Shown: piece by piece, positions 9,844 to 18,927 of the stretch
Layout: every line of letters starts with the position of its first letter
How positions within the stretch are numbered: the stretch's first letter is position 1
Assembly: GCA_016209105.1 (NCBI GenBank)
Contig: JACQWR010000011.1
Span: 132,216 to 196,215, forward strand
Source of the DNA: Deltaproteobacteria bacterium
GTDB lineage: Bacteria; Desulfobacterota; Syntrophia; Syntrophales; JACQWR01
Direction of reading: 5' to 3'
Length of the DNA: 64,000 bases
Made by a program: the position numbers and the translations under genes
Notes under the pieces: generated by a model
Told to the model about the DNA's origin: nothing
Databases searched by the model: none
What the model saw: the letters and a program-made list of their open reading frames with translations, nothing else

Positions 9844-11027
9844 TAATCATTTCTCTCCAGGACCATGACGCCCGCCATCGCGGCGGGTCCGCCCAGGCAA
9901 TGGGCAAGCCCCCGGCGCGCGTTCTTCACCTGCCGCTTGCCCGCCTTCTCCTGAAGCTGCTGCGTCACTTCGTACACCATGCGGATACCCGAAGCGCCCA
10001 GCGGATGACCAAAGGCCTTTAAGCCGCCATCGGTGTTTACCGGCAGCTCCCCTCCCAAGGAGGTCACCCCCTCCTCGATCAGCTTCCATCCCTGGCCCTT
10101 CGGGGCAAACCCCAGGTCTTCATAGTTCAGTATCTCCGTAATCGTAAAACAGTCATGACACTCCGCCATGTCGATCTCCCGGCGGGGGTCCTTCACGCCC
10201 GCCTGTTCATACGCCATCCGGGCGGCCGTCTGGGTTACCTTGAAATTGAGAAAATCAAAGCCCGGCTCAAAAATGTTGCGTTCCGTCCCCACCGCAAACC
10301 CGATGCCCGCCACCTTGACGAAGTCGGGATTGAAGTTCTTCGCCATATCGGCGCGGGTAACGATTGCCGCCGCGGCCCCGTCGCAGCTTGCCGTGGAATC
10401 CAGCACGGAAAGCGGTTCTGCAACCCAGGGCGACTTGAGCACGTCTTTCAGGGTGATTTCCCGCTGCATGTTGGCCTTCGGGCTCAGGGTGCCGTGGTGG
10501 TGATTCTTTACCGCCACCTTGGCCAGCGTTTCCCGGCCGATGCCGTATTCATGGAAATACCGATGGGCGCAGCTGGCAAAAAAACTGGGGGCCGTTCGTC
10601 CCTTGCCGATCAGGGGATGGCCGTCGGTACGGTTGGCGAGCATTAGGCTCCGGGAGCCGGCATCGCGCATCTTCTCCACGCCCACAGCCAGGGCAACATC
10701 ATACATGCCGGAAGACACGGCCAGGCAGGCATTCCTGAGGGCATCAATGCCCGTCGCGCAGATATTGGAAATCAGCGTCACCGGCTTGTAGAGGAAACCC
10801 AGCGCCTCGGCCAGAGGGCTGCCGATGTTCCGTTCTCCCGCAATCCAGGGACGATACGATCCCAGCCATGCCGCTTCCACCTCTTTGTGCAGCTCCACGC
10901 CCGCATCGGCGCAGGCCTCAAAGGTAGCATCCACCACGAGGTCGCCCCAGCTTTTGGTGAAATGCTCGCCGAATTTGGTACAGCCCACACCGATAATGGC
11001 AACCGGTTCTTTCATTACACCCGACAT
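9843..11027 (-). CDS. Thiolase-superfamily protein, SCP-x / archaeal acetoacetyl-CoA thiolase / BbsB type
   Basis: Nucleophile context SNICATG. C-terminal GHPLGASG and CLGGP motifs. Confidence 0.85.
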   Translation of the reverse strand: MSGVMKEPVAIIGVGCTKFGEHFTKSWGDLVVDATFEACADAGVELHKEVEAAWLGSYRPWIAGERNIGSPLAEALGFLYKPVTLISNICATGIDALRNACLAVSSGMYDVALAVGVEKMRDAGSRSLMLANRTDGHPLIGKGRTAPSFFASCAHRYFHEYGIGRETLAKVAVKNHHHGTLSPKANMQREITLKDVLKSPWVAEPLSVLDSTASCDGAAAAIVTRADMAKNFNPDFVKVAGIGFAVGTERNIFEPGFDFLNFKVTQTAARMAYEQAGVKDPRREIDMAECHDCFTITEILNYEDLGFAPKGQGWKLIEEGVTSLGGELPVNTDGGLKAFGHPLGASGIRMVYEVTQQLQEKAGKRQVKNARRGLAHCLGGPAAMAGVMVLERND

Positions 11028-11031
11028 ATTC

Positions 11032-12510
11032 CTACCTCCCTATGGCCGGTCTCGCCTTCCAGAAATAATTAGGCAGCTCCTGCCCGTCATGCAGCTTGCG
11101 GAAGCTGAGCTCCACATCCAGGCCGATACGCATATCCTGGGGATTCACATCAGTCACCTGGCAGAAGATGCGCCCGCCCCCTTCCAGATCAACGGCTGCC
11201 AGAGACTCCGGGGGGTCGGGATTGAGATACAGGTAATCATTCGTATAGGTATACACCCTCCCGCGGCGACTGAGCTTAAAATCTTCCATCTGGTCTTTCG
11301 CGCCGCAATGGTGGCAGACCCGGCGACGGGGGAAGGCAAGGGTGCCGCAGGCGGTGCATTTGACCCCGGTAAGCTTCATATTTTGCTTCTCCTCCCGCCA
11401 CAGCAGGGCCATGGAGGTAAAGGCATCGTAGGAACTCTCGCCGATCACATCGCGGAAGTTCAGATATTTCGCATAGCTGGTTAGTGGCCGCTGCCGCTTC
11501 AGGAATTCCGGGACGCCGCGGCAACCTTCCGCCTTGCCGATATTCTCGGTCACCCGAAGCAAGAACGCCTCGGCGCCGTCTCCGTACCCCGCGACAATCA
11601 GCCGCTCTCCCGGTTTTGCCTTGGCGAGCACTGCCGCGAGGCTCAAGAACACCTGCGCATTGCCGGTATCTCCGATGCTTTTCAGGAGGCCATCGGCCAG
11701 TTGCGTCTCCGGATTGAAACCGGCCTTGCGGGCAAGACGGACCGCCAGACGGGCATTGGGAGCATAGACAATCAGTTTGGCCACATCGCCCGCCGCGATT
11801 CCCGCCTTCTTAAGCAGCCCTTTCAACGCCTCATTCATGAGCGGGATATAGCCGTAATCCTCGACAAACCGCGCATCCGTCGTCTGCACGTAGGGATCCT
11901 GTTCGCGCCGCCAGAAGTGGGGAAAATTGGCATTCACGACAACGTGCGCTTCCACACCGGCCAGGACATTTTCCCGTCCCACAAGCACCGCCGCCGCCCC
12001 GTCCCCGAATGCCTGCTCCTCACCGGAAGCGGGGGCAGCCATCCGACGGTCGCTGGCCACGACCAGGGCCGCATCGGCAGGCGAGCCTTCCTTGAGGGCG
12101 CCAACCGCCATGCCGAGAGCCGTCATGCCGCCCCTGAGACTGCCGTTTATGTCCGTCACCAGCGCCGACCGATTCATATCCAAAACGGCAGCCAAAACGC
12201 TGGACGCGTGCTTTTCCCGATAGGGGGAACTGGCGCTGGCAAAAAAAAGGGCCGCCAAGTTCGTCGCGGCAAACGGAATGCCGAACGAGCGCGCATAATT
12301 ATCCGCACATTCCCAGCAAGCATCCACGCCCATCGTCAGGGCGTCCTCGTCGTACTGGGCCACCGCCCTCCCGCCGCCGGACGCCCGCGCCCCCGTTGCC
12401 TGGGCAATGACCTCACGGGACAGGCGATATGCCGGCACATAAACCCCGAAAGCTGAGATTCCTACCACGTTCTTCACCTCACGTTGCTGTTGATAATCCC
12501 TTGTTGACAC
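11032..12510 (-). CDS. Fusion of an HMG-CoA-synthase/KAS-III-like domain (apparently degenerate active site) with a C-terminal DUF35 zinc-ribbon/OB-fold domain
   Basis: The N-terminal ~350 aa look HMGCS-like. The C-terminus has CTACGTLAFPRRRVCHHCG (rubredoxin-like ribbon) plus an OB fold typical of DUF35. It sits next to a thiolase, as in thiolase/HMGCS/DUF35 and BbsAB-type complexes. Confidence 0.75.
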   Translation of the reverse strand: MSTRDYQQQREVKNVVGISAFGVYVPAYRLSREVIAQATGARASGGGRAVAQYDEDALTMGVDACWECADNYARSFGIPFAATNLAALFFASASSPYREKHASSVLAAVLDMNRSALVTDINGSLRGGMTALGMAVGALKEGSPADAALVVASDRRMAAPASGEEQAFGDGAAAVLVGRENVLAGVEAHVVVNANFPHFWRREQDPYVQTTDARFVEDYGYIPLMNEALKGLLKKAGIAAGDVAKLIVYAPNARLAVRLARKAGFNPETQLADGLLKSIGDTGNAQVFLSLAAVLAKAKPGERLIVAGYGDGAEAFLLRVTENIGKAEGCRGVPEFLKRQRPLTSYAKYLNFRDVIGESSYDAFTSMALLWREEKQNMKLTGVKCTACGTLAFPRRRVCHHCGAKDQMEDFKLSRRGRVYTYTNDYLYLNPDPPESLAAVDLEGGGRIFCQVTDVNPQDMRIGLDVELSFRKLHDGQELPNYFWKARPAIGR

Positions 12511-13872
12511 TCACCCTGCCGCTTTAAACGGTCCTCTCGCCAGCATGGCGTTGACATCCTCCGCCCTCATGGCGTAACGGAGCAGAAACTCCTCATCGTC
12601 CATATCGGCGCCGGCCCCGATTTGCCTGCGCAGTTCCGCAATGGACGGCTGGGGAAATTCCTCTGCCATCATTTTCTTCACCTTGGGAACGCTCGTTATC
12701 TTATCCAGGATCGTGGGATCAATCGGCACCGGGGAAGGGCCGAAGTATCCGGCGACATATTCCATAACGCCGCTCGATATCACTTTATACCGCTCCCCGG
12801 ACATGACGTTCATCGTTGCCTGGCTTCCCACCATTTGCGAAAGGGGCGTCACCATGATGGGCCAGCCCAGTTCCTTGCGCACCCGGATGATCTCTTCCAT
12901 GACTTCCGGCAGACGATCCTCCATCTTCCCCTCTTTCAACTGGCGCTTCATGGTGCTTACCATCCCTCCGGGCAGCTGATGCTCGTAAATGGAGATGTCA
13001 TACTCGAACGGCACGCCCCGCGGCTTGCCCGTTTTTGCCGCCACCTCCTCCAGATAGGAAGCCATCGCGGCAAGCGCCTCGGCATTAATCTTGGCCGTAT
13101 ATCCCATATATTTAATGTTGTTCAGGATGTTATATATGGAGGGCTGGGCGGTGCCGTTGGCCACCGGCGGCACACCGGTGTGGACGATGTGGACGCCCAT
13201 GCGAATGGCCTCAAGATAGACGAGCGGCGCCAAGCCGGTATTGCAGTGGGAATGGATTTCCAGTGTCTTGCCGTTCAGGTGGGCCTGCACCGCCGGAACC
13301 AGCGTCTTGATCCGCTCCGGCGTCAGAAGACCTCCCTGATCCTTGATGTATACCGTATTCACGTCGGGATCATGGGTCAGCTCCCCGGTAAGGCGGCCGA
13401 AAAATTCATCGGTATGGACGGGACTGAGCGAAAAGGAGAGGGCGATAACCGTTTCTTCGATGCCGACTGCCTTGCACATGTGCGCCACCTTGAGCAGCGA
13501 TGAAACCTCATGGGCGGCGTCCAGTATCCATACCCGTCTGATGCCGTTGGCCTTCATACGCTTAATCACCAGTGCGAGGATGGAATCGGGCGTCCGCTTG
13601 AATCCGATGAAGCGCCGGCTCGTCGTCCCAAAGCTCAAGGGGGTGTCCGGCATGGCTTGCACGGCCAGGCGCACCCGCTCCCAAGGATTTTCCCGGTGGT
13701 AGCGGACAGCGGTATCCATACCGGAATTGCTGATAAAATCCACCGCCCGGAACCCCACCTTGTTCACCTGGGGGGCAATGGCCAGAACATCGCCCGTGGT
13801 GATTCCCGTGGCATCCCAGAGCGACTGGTTTCCGTCTCTGAGACTGGTGTCAATGAACTGTATTTCTTGCAT
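12511..13872 (-). CDS. Carboxyltransferase of the pyruvate carboxyltransferase / oxaloacetate decarboxylase alpha / transcarboxylase 5S type, without a biotinyl domain
   Basis: IQFIDTSLRDGNQS, YIKDQGGLL (carbamyl-Lys context) and EIHSHCNTG (HxH). Preferred start is ATG at 13872, preceded by AAGGAGAAAACT; the ORF track start is 13893. Confidence 0.85.
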   Translation of the reverse strand: MQEIQFIDTSLRDGNQSLWDATGITTGDVLAIAPQVNKVGFRAVDFISNSGMDTAVRYHRENPWERVRLAVQAMPDTPLSFGTTSRRFIGFKRTPDSILALVIKRMKANGIRRVWILDAAHEVSSLLKVAHMCKAVGIEETVIALSFSLSPVHTDEFFGRLTGELTHDPDVNTVYIKDQGGLLTPERIKTLVPAVQAHLNGKTLEIHSHCNTGLAPLVYLEAIRMGVHIVHTGVPPVANGTAQPSIYNILNNIKYMGYTAKINAEALAAMASYLEEVAAKTGKPRGVPFEYDISIYEHQLPGGMVSTMKRQLKEGKMEDRLPEVMEEIIRVRKELGWPIMVTPLSQMVGSQATMNVMSGERYKVISSGVMEYVAGYFGPSPVPIDPTILDKITSVPKVKKMMAEEFPQPSIAELRRQIGAGADMDDEEFLLRYAMRAEDVNAMLARGPFKAAG

Positions 13873-14090
13873 AGTTTTCTCCTTGGCGACCAACGTGGAT
13901 GAAAGAAAGGCGGGAACGATACGTGCTTACCCCCTGTGCAAGCGCGTCCTCAATATGCATTGGTAAGCACAACACTCGATTGTTTTAGCTACCACACTTT
14001 GCCAAATCAGGCAAATCCGTTTTAACGGGGAAAACGGAGAAGCTGTCTCCCCGGTGGTCTTCACCGGAAGCTTTCGGAAGGCATTTAGTA

Positions 14091-14106
14091 AGCAATATGC
14101 ATGCCA
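14091..14106 (-). promoter_or_regulatory. sigma54 promoter candidate (minus strand) TGGCAT-N5-TTGCT
   Basis: The reverse complement of agcaatatgcatgcca reads TGGCATGCATATTGCT. It lies about 220 bp upstream of the first operon gene and downstream of the sigma54 activator gene. Confidence 0.5.
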
Positions 14107-14400
14107 GCGCCCCGAAACGAGGGGAGCTCCGTCTCAAACACGGCAGCATTGCGGCAAAGAAGACCTCGCCGCACATGGAAAAGCCCATCGGCCTGTGCTG
14201 AAGGAAAAAATATTCTTACGATGAGAACTCAATACGGAGGAACCGAAAAGGAACCCCCACGACCGCGACGGCCTCACCCTACGCCCTCGGCATGCCCCTG
14301 GGGCACTTCCGCACCCGATGAAGTGGAGTGATGTTCGCTTGTTATGATGGCCATCCGTGCCGGGGAACAGGAATATGGATGTTGAGGATAACAGCAAAAT

Positions 14401-14458
14401 AAACACTTGCCGCCGTGTTTACGCCTCTTCTCTTTTCTGGAATATTCCACGGAAGAGA
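14401..14458 (-). terminator. Hairpin pair downstream of the activator gene, a possible terminator
   Basis: Stem cttctctt/aagagaag encloses the palindrome tggaatattcca. It is followed (minus-strand sense) by an aaacac/gtgttt hairpin and then ATTTTGCTGTT. Confidence 0.35.
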
Positions 14459-14469
14459 AGCGCTGCTGT

Positions 14470-15882
14470 TCAGAAATTGGATGTCTTGATACGCTTATAG
14501 AGGGTAGCAAGGGAAATTCCCAGCGCCTCTGCCGCCGCTCGCTTCCCCTTCAGCGTGGTTCCATAAACGGATAGGGCCCGTTGAATCAAGAGGCGCTCCT
14601 GTTCGGTTAAAGACATTATGCCCTGTTCCCTTCCGTCGTCTGCGGGAAAGGCTTTTTTCGCACGCTCCTTTGCCATCATTCCGCCGGGAGGAACTTCCGG
14701 CAACAGCAGGACCTCCGCCGGAATACGCACCGTATCCACCAGATTGGCGGCCCGCTCAAGGACATTTTCCAACTCCCGGATATTGCCCGGCCAGCGGTAG
14801 GCAAGCAGTTTTTTCATCGCCCCCGGCTCTATCCCCGCCAGTTGCTTCCCCAACTCACGATTGAGCCGCTTGAGAATGTGTTTTGTAAGAAGGGGGATAT
14901 CCTGCATCCGCTCGCGCAAGGACGGTATGGCAATATCCACCACATTCACCCGATAGTACAATTCCTCACGGAAAAGGCCTTCCCGAACCATCCGGGGCAA
15001 ATCCCGGTTCGTTGCCACAATGACCCGCACATCCACCTGTACCGGTTGCCAGCCGCCCAGACGCGTCACCCCGCCATCTTCCAGCACCCGGAGCAGCTTG
15101 CTCTGGAGGGAAAGACTCATGTCGCCGATCTCATCCAGAAAAATCGTCCCGCCGTCGGCGCGCTCGAAGAGGCCCATCTTGCGCGCCACGGCGCCGGTAA
15201 ACGCCCCTTTTTCATGGCCAAAAAACTCGTTCTCCAGCAAATTTTCGGGAATGGCGGCGCAGTTGATCTTCAGGAACGGCTGTCCGGCCCTGGGCCCGGC
15301 ATTGTGCATGGCATGGGCAAACAGCTCTTTTCCCGTACCGCTTTCGCCCGTAAGGAGCACCGTGGAAGCGCCGGCAGCAGCCTTCCTCGCTATTTCCAAC
15401 ACCTTCCGCAATTTCGATGAAGTGCCGATGATATTATCGAAAGAATATCGGGCGCCGCACAGACCGGCAAGCTTCTCCGTCAACGACTCTACGAGAAGAT
15501 TTCTCTGCGACAATTTTCTGGTGAGTTCCAGAACATCGGAAATGTCCTGGCAGAAGGAAACCCCTCCCCTGATTCTTCGCTCCACGATCAGGGGGGAGGC
15601 ATTCACGATCAGCTCTGCTTTCGAGCCTTCCGGCTGATACCGGTAACCGTAGACCGGCTTGCCGGTGCCGATTGCCTGGCGGAGCGGCCCAAAGGGGGGC
15701 TCCGGCTTGAGCAGCCGGCTTATTTCCTTTTTGGCATTCCGGCCGGTCATCTTTACATAAGCCGGGTTTACATAACAGACCATGCAGCCGGCATCCGCAA
15801 TCATGATGCCTTCCAGGGCGCAATCAAGAATGGCCAGGATCTCCGGCGTCAGGCTCTTCAGACTGTTCTTCAGAAGGGACAC
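14470..15882 (-). CDS. sigma54-dependent transcriptional activator (PAS sensor + AAA+ + Fis-type HTH)
   Basis: GESGTGKE Walker A, GAFTGA loop (EKGAFTGA) and a C-terminal HTH (AAEALGISLATLYKRIK). Confidence 0.9.
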   Translation of the reverse strand: MSLLKNSLKSLTPEILAILDCALEGIMIADAGCMVCYVNPAYVKMTGRNAKKEISRLLKPEPPFGPLRQAIGTGKPVYGYRYQPEGSKAELIVNASPLIVERRIRGGVSFCQDISDVLELTRKLSQRNLLVESLTEKLAGLCGARYSFDNIIGTSSKLRKVLEIARKAAAGASTVLLTGESGTGKELFAHAMHNAGPRAGQPFLKINCAAIPENLLENEFFGHEKGAFTGAVARKMGLFERADGGTIFLDEIGDMSLSLQSKLLRVLEDGGVTRLGGWQPVQVDVRVIVATNRDLPRMVREGLFREELYYRVNVVDIAIPSLRERMQDIPLLTKHILKRLNRELGKQLAGIEPGAMKKLLAYRWPGNIRELENVLERAANLVDTVRIPAEVLLLPEVPPGGMMAKERAKKAFPADDGREQGIMSLTEQERLLIQRALSVYGTTLKGKRAAAEALGISLATLYKRIKTSNF

Positions 15883-15930
15883 GGCATCTCCTTCTCCGAA
15901 GCTGCCTTCAAAGTAGAACCCGCAGGGGGA

Positions 15931-17046
15931 TCAGGAAAGCGGCGGCAGGTCGGCTTTTTCGACCTCGTACACCGATTCCATCTTGGGCGTAAGGCCGCGC
16001 TTCGCCAGCTCCGCGGCAAAGGTCTCCCGGATGAAGGCATCCTCATCGGCGTAATCAATCTGGGCTCCGCCAAGGCGCCTGCTGATCCAGCACAGCGGCA
16101 CCCCCTGCTCATTGCGGGCCGATACCCCCGCGAACTTGAACGCCAGATAGCTCGCCGGCGTGGTGCCGGTATTGAAGTGCTGATGGTACCATCCCTCGGG
16201 CGGCACGATCAGGCTGCCCTCTTTCCAATCGTAACGGTTGGGCTTGCCGCCTTCCGGCCACATGAGGCTGTATCCTTCCCCGTTCAAGACCATGACGTGG
16301 GCGCCGGGCCCGTGGGCATGCGCCTTTTTATACGTTGCGACGGGGAACTGGGAGATATGGCTGGGCAGAGACCCCTTGGCCAGGTTGAACCGGATATGGC
16401 CGCCGCCGCCGCCCCGTTCCTTGGTGAACACCAGGGGCAGATTGACGGCATCGGCAACAAAGTTTGTTTCCAGAAGCAGCCCCTTCTGTTCACCCTTTTT
16501 GCTGAAATAGTCCCGTTCGCCGGCGAAACGCTTCGGGAAATCGCGGGCGGTATTGAAGACGAAATCCACGTCATCGTAGAGATTCATCACCTGGGGGGCG
16601 TTCGTCACGCCCACATAGCGGGCCGCCGACTTTCCGGAAACGTTGAAATGCTGGTGCCAGGCATTGAGCGGTATGGCAAACAGCGCCCCCGCCTTCCACT
16701 CGAAGGTCACGCGCTGGCCCGCATCGTTCCATACGGATGTGGACCCGCGCCCGTCCAGGATATAGACCAGCTCTTCAAAGAGCTGCCGCTGCGGTTCGAG
16801 CTGCTTGCCCGCCGGGATCTCACAGATATAGCAGTCATTGGAATAATTCGACGCCTCGTGGTTGATGTAAACGCCGTAACCGCCGCGTCGGGCCCAGGGC
16901 TTCAGCCCCACCGTATGGAGATTCGGGATGTAGTGGCCGCTGATGATATCAAGCCCTTCCCCCCTGACCCAGGCCTTGTAAACGGAGTCTTTCTCCGTGG
17001 CGAATTTTTTTGCGAATTCTTCCGATACGACGATGTTATTTGCCAT
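15931..17046 (-). CDS. Bicupin protein, gentisate-1,2-dioxygenase-like fold family, function unknown
   Basis: Two cupin barrels, each ending in a W(H/Y)HQHFN motif. The C-terminal barrel has HAHGPGAH. Preferred start is ATG at 17046 (MANNIVV) behind GAGGGAGG. Paralog of 18925..20052. Confidence 0.75.
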   Translation of the reverse strand: MANNIVVSEEFAKKFATEKDSVYKAWVRGEGLDIISGHYIPNLHTVGLKPWARRGGYGVYINHEASNYSNDCYICEIPAGKQLEPQRQLFEELVYILDGRGSTSVWNDAGQRVTFEWKAGALFAIPLNAWHQHFNVSGKSAARYVGVTNAPQVMNLYDDVDFVFNTARDFPKRFAGERDYFSKKGEQKGLLLETNFVADAVNLPLVFTKERGGGGGHIRFNLAKGSLPSHISQFPVATYKKAHAHGPGAHVMVLNGEGYSLMWPEGGKPNRYDWKEGSLIVPPEGWYHQHFNTGTTPASYLAFKFAGVSARNEQGVPLCWISRRLGGAQIDYADEDAFIRETFAAELAKRGLTPKMESVYEVEKADLPPLS

Positions 17047-17153
17047 AGAAACAGCCTCCCTCGCTTTCAATAAAGATCGCAGCGGCATCTGTCCTGCCGC
17101 ATACCCTTCCCGGCAGCAATCCCCTTTCTCCGTTATCGCCGGACTCAACCGCC

Positions 17154-18695
17154 CTATCTGAAAACCAGGGACTTGACGGTTACGGGCACTGTTTTTGAAG
17201 GTTCCAGCCTGCGGCCGATATCAATAAAATCGAAGTCTTGCAGAATAATGCCGTCAATAACGAGGAGCTCGCTTCTCACGTCTTGGTCTTCGCTCAAGAG
17301 CGCCCCGACGGTCTGCGCCACGTCACCGTCAAATATGATGAAGAGCGGCTTGCCCTGCCGGATCGTCTCGGACAAGCCCCGCTTCAGACCCTCTACAAAA
17401 GCATGTATCCGCGCAAAGGACGGCAGTCCGTGCCAGCGGAACACCAGGGCCACTTCCGCCTCGCCCTCAACGAGATCAAACATGGCAAAGTGATTCCGGA
17501 TGGACTGGGCCACTTTTTCGGGATTGATAGCCTCTTGCAGCTCATTGGAAGGATGCAACACCTGCAGATTCTTCCGGGGGAGCAGGGAAGACCCGGAGAG
17601 GTAAATGGTGTTGCCGCTCACCTGCAGGCTGTAAGACGATGCGCCGATTACCGTGGCCCTGATGCACTCCCCCGCCGGCAAGAGCGGCCAGGGAACGCTG
17701 TCCTCCCTCATCTTTCTGCGCAAAGCGTGCCCCAGCAGTTTTCCCAGGTCGCCGAAATCGCGCGCTTCCCGGTCATAGACGTACTCGCCGACGCCGCCCG
17801 AAAACATGACGCCGGCGATATGTTCCAGATTTTCGAGCGGCGGCGTAAGGAAGAGTTTTTCAATCTCCGCCGGCAGGGGACGCACCGTAACAGCGGTCAG
17901 AATCGCTTGCGCCATCCAGGCCGTGAGACGCTGCATGTCCTCAGGGCTCACCCTGTCACCCAGTTGCCAGTTTAAACCGATCTGACCGGCGAGGTGCTTT
18001 CCGCCGGGATCGAGCCGCACGATGCGCCGCTCTTCATCAATCACCAGGAGGCGTCCGCCGATGTAAACCGCGGCTGTCTCCAGCACCCGCCCGTTTTCCA
18101 CCACCGCCAGTTTCGTGGTGCCGCCGCCGACGTCTATATTCAGGATACGCTCGCCCCTCTCATAGGACGACAAGGCCGCTCCGGATCCATACGCCGCGAG
18201 CAGCGCTTCCATGTTGTGGCCTGCCGCGGCGCACACGAATTCTCCTCCCTGCACCGCCAGAATATCCGCAATGGCCCTCGCGTTATGCCTGCGGATCGCC
18301 TCTCCTGTGAGAATTACCACACCCGTGTCAATGTCCTCCGGCCGCAATCCCGACAAGCGGTAGGCATCGGCAATGATTTTCCCCACCATCTTATCGTCTA
18401 TGCGCTCCTCATCCAGGTAGGGCGTCAGGGAAACAGGCGAATAGTAGAGCGGTTCCCGCGAAATCACCATGTAGCGGCTCGACAGATCTTCCCCCATGCG
18501 TCTTAACTTCAGAAGCGAAAAGGTTACCTGAGTCCCGGCAGAGCCGATGTCAATGCCCACGCTTTTAAGCGCAATATTGTCCATAATCCAAAGGGCGTTG
18601 TCCTCAAGTTTGCCGATCGGTTCGTCATCGTGGTCGTGGTCTATGCCGTGAATGTTGTAGCGGCCGGAGCCGTGATCGTGGAGAATATCATGCAT
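17154..18695 (-). CDS. EutA-family ASKHA ATPase (ethanolamine ammonia-lyase reactivase-like) with a His/Asp-rich N-terminal tail
   Basis: Collinear with EutA by recall: SVGIDIGSAGTQV, ILTGEA, LNIDVGGGTTK, FSGGVGEY, RATVIGASSYSLQVSG, and a C-terminal PVTVKSLVF. The N-terminus MHDILHDHGSGRYNIHGIDHDHDDE carries 6 His. Confidence 0.8.
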   Translation of the reverse strand: MHDILHDHGSGRYNIHGIDHDHDDEPIGKLEDNALWIMDNIALKSVGIDIGSAGTQVTFSLLKLRRMGEDLSSRYMVISREPLYYSPVSLTPYLDEERIDDKMVGKIIADAYRLSGLRPEDIDTGVVILTGEAIRRHNARAIADILAVQGGEFVCAAAGHNMEALLAAYGSGAALSSYERGERILNIDVGGGTTKLAVVENGRVLETAAVYIGGRLLVIDEERRIVRLDPGGKHLAGQIGLNWQLGDRVSPEDMQRLTAWMAQAILTAVTVRPLPAEIEKLFLTPPLENLEHIAGVMFSGGVGEYVYDREARDFGDLGKLLGHALRRKMREDSVPWPLLPAGECIRATVIGASSYSLQVSGNTIYLSGSSLLPRKNLQVLHPSNELQEAINPEKVAQSIRNHFAMFDLVEGEAEVALVFRWHGLPSFARIHAFVEGLKRGLSETIRQGKPLFIIFDGDVAQTVGALLSEDQDVRSELLVIDGIILQDFDFIDIGRRLEPSKTVPVTVKSLVFR

Positions 18696-18747
18696 GGGGA
18701 GTAAACTCTTTCGTTAAAAAAGTGGTTAGGGGATACCCGAACGCGAC

Positions 18748-18780
18748 AACATCTCACGGGTATCAAGCCCGTGAGATGTT
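18748..18780. other. Perfect 13-bp-stem hairpin in the bicupin/eutA-like intergenic region
   Basis: aacatctcacggg tatcaag cccgtgagatgtt. No U-tract on either strand, so it is probably not a simple terminator. Confidence 0.4.
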
Positions 18781-18813
18781 GGAAAAGCTATCACGCACGG
18801 CAAGCAGTGCCGT

Positions 18814-18927
18814 TTAAAGCTCCCCTTGAGCACGCTGCAAAGAATCTTTGGTTCTTAAGAAACACCATCAGCATTCGCTCGCTTACCCCGCGGCTTGCCG
18901 CGGGGAATGCGCTCGCTGCCGAATTCA
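18814..18927. repeat. Intergenic repeat family A, full-length copy
   Basis: ...attcgctcgcttaccccgcggcttgccgcggggaatgcgctcgctgccgaattca. Abuts the stop codon of bicupin 2. Confidence 0.75.

Noticed and set aside
17154-18695. EutA homolog as evidence for an ethanolamine-utilisation (eut) locus
   Set aside because: No eutB/eutC, microcompartment shell, eutE/eutD or cobalamin genes occur anywhere in the window. The flanking genes are cupins and a CooC-like NTPase.
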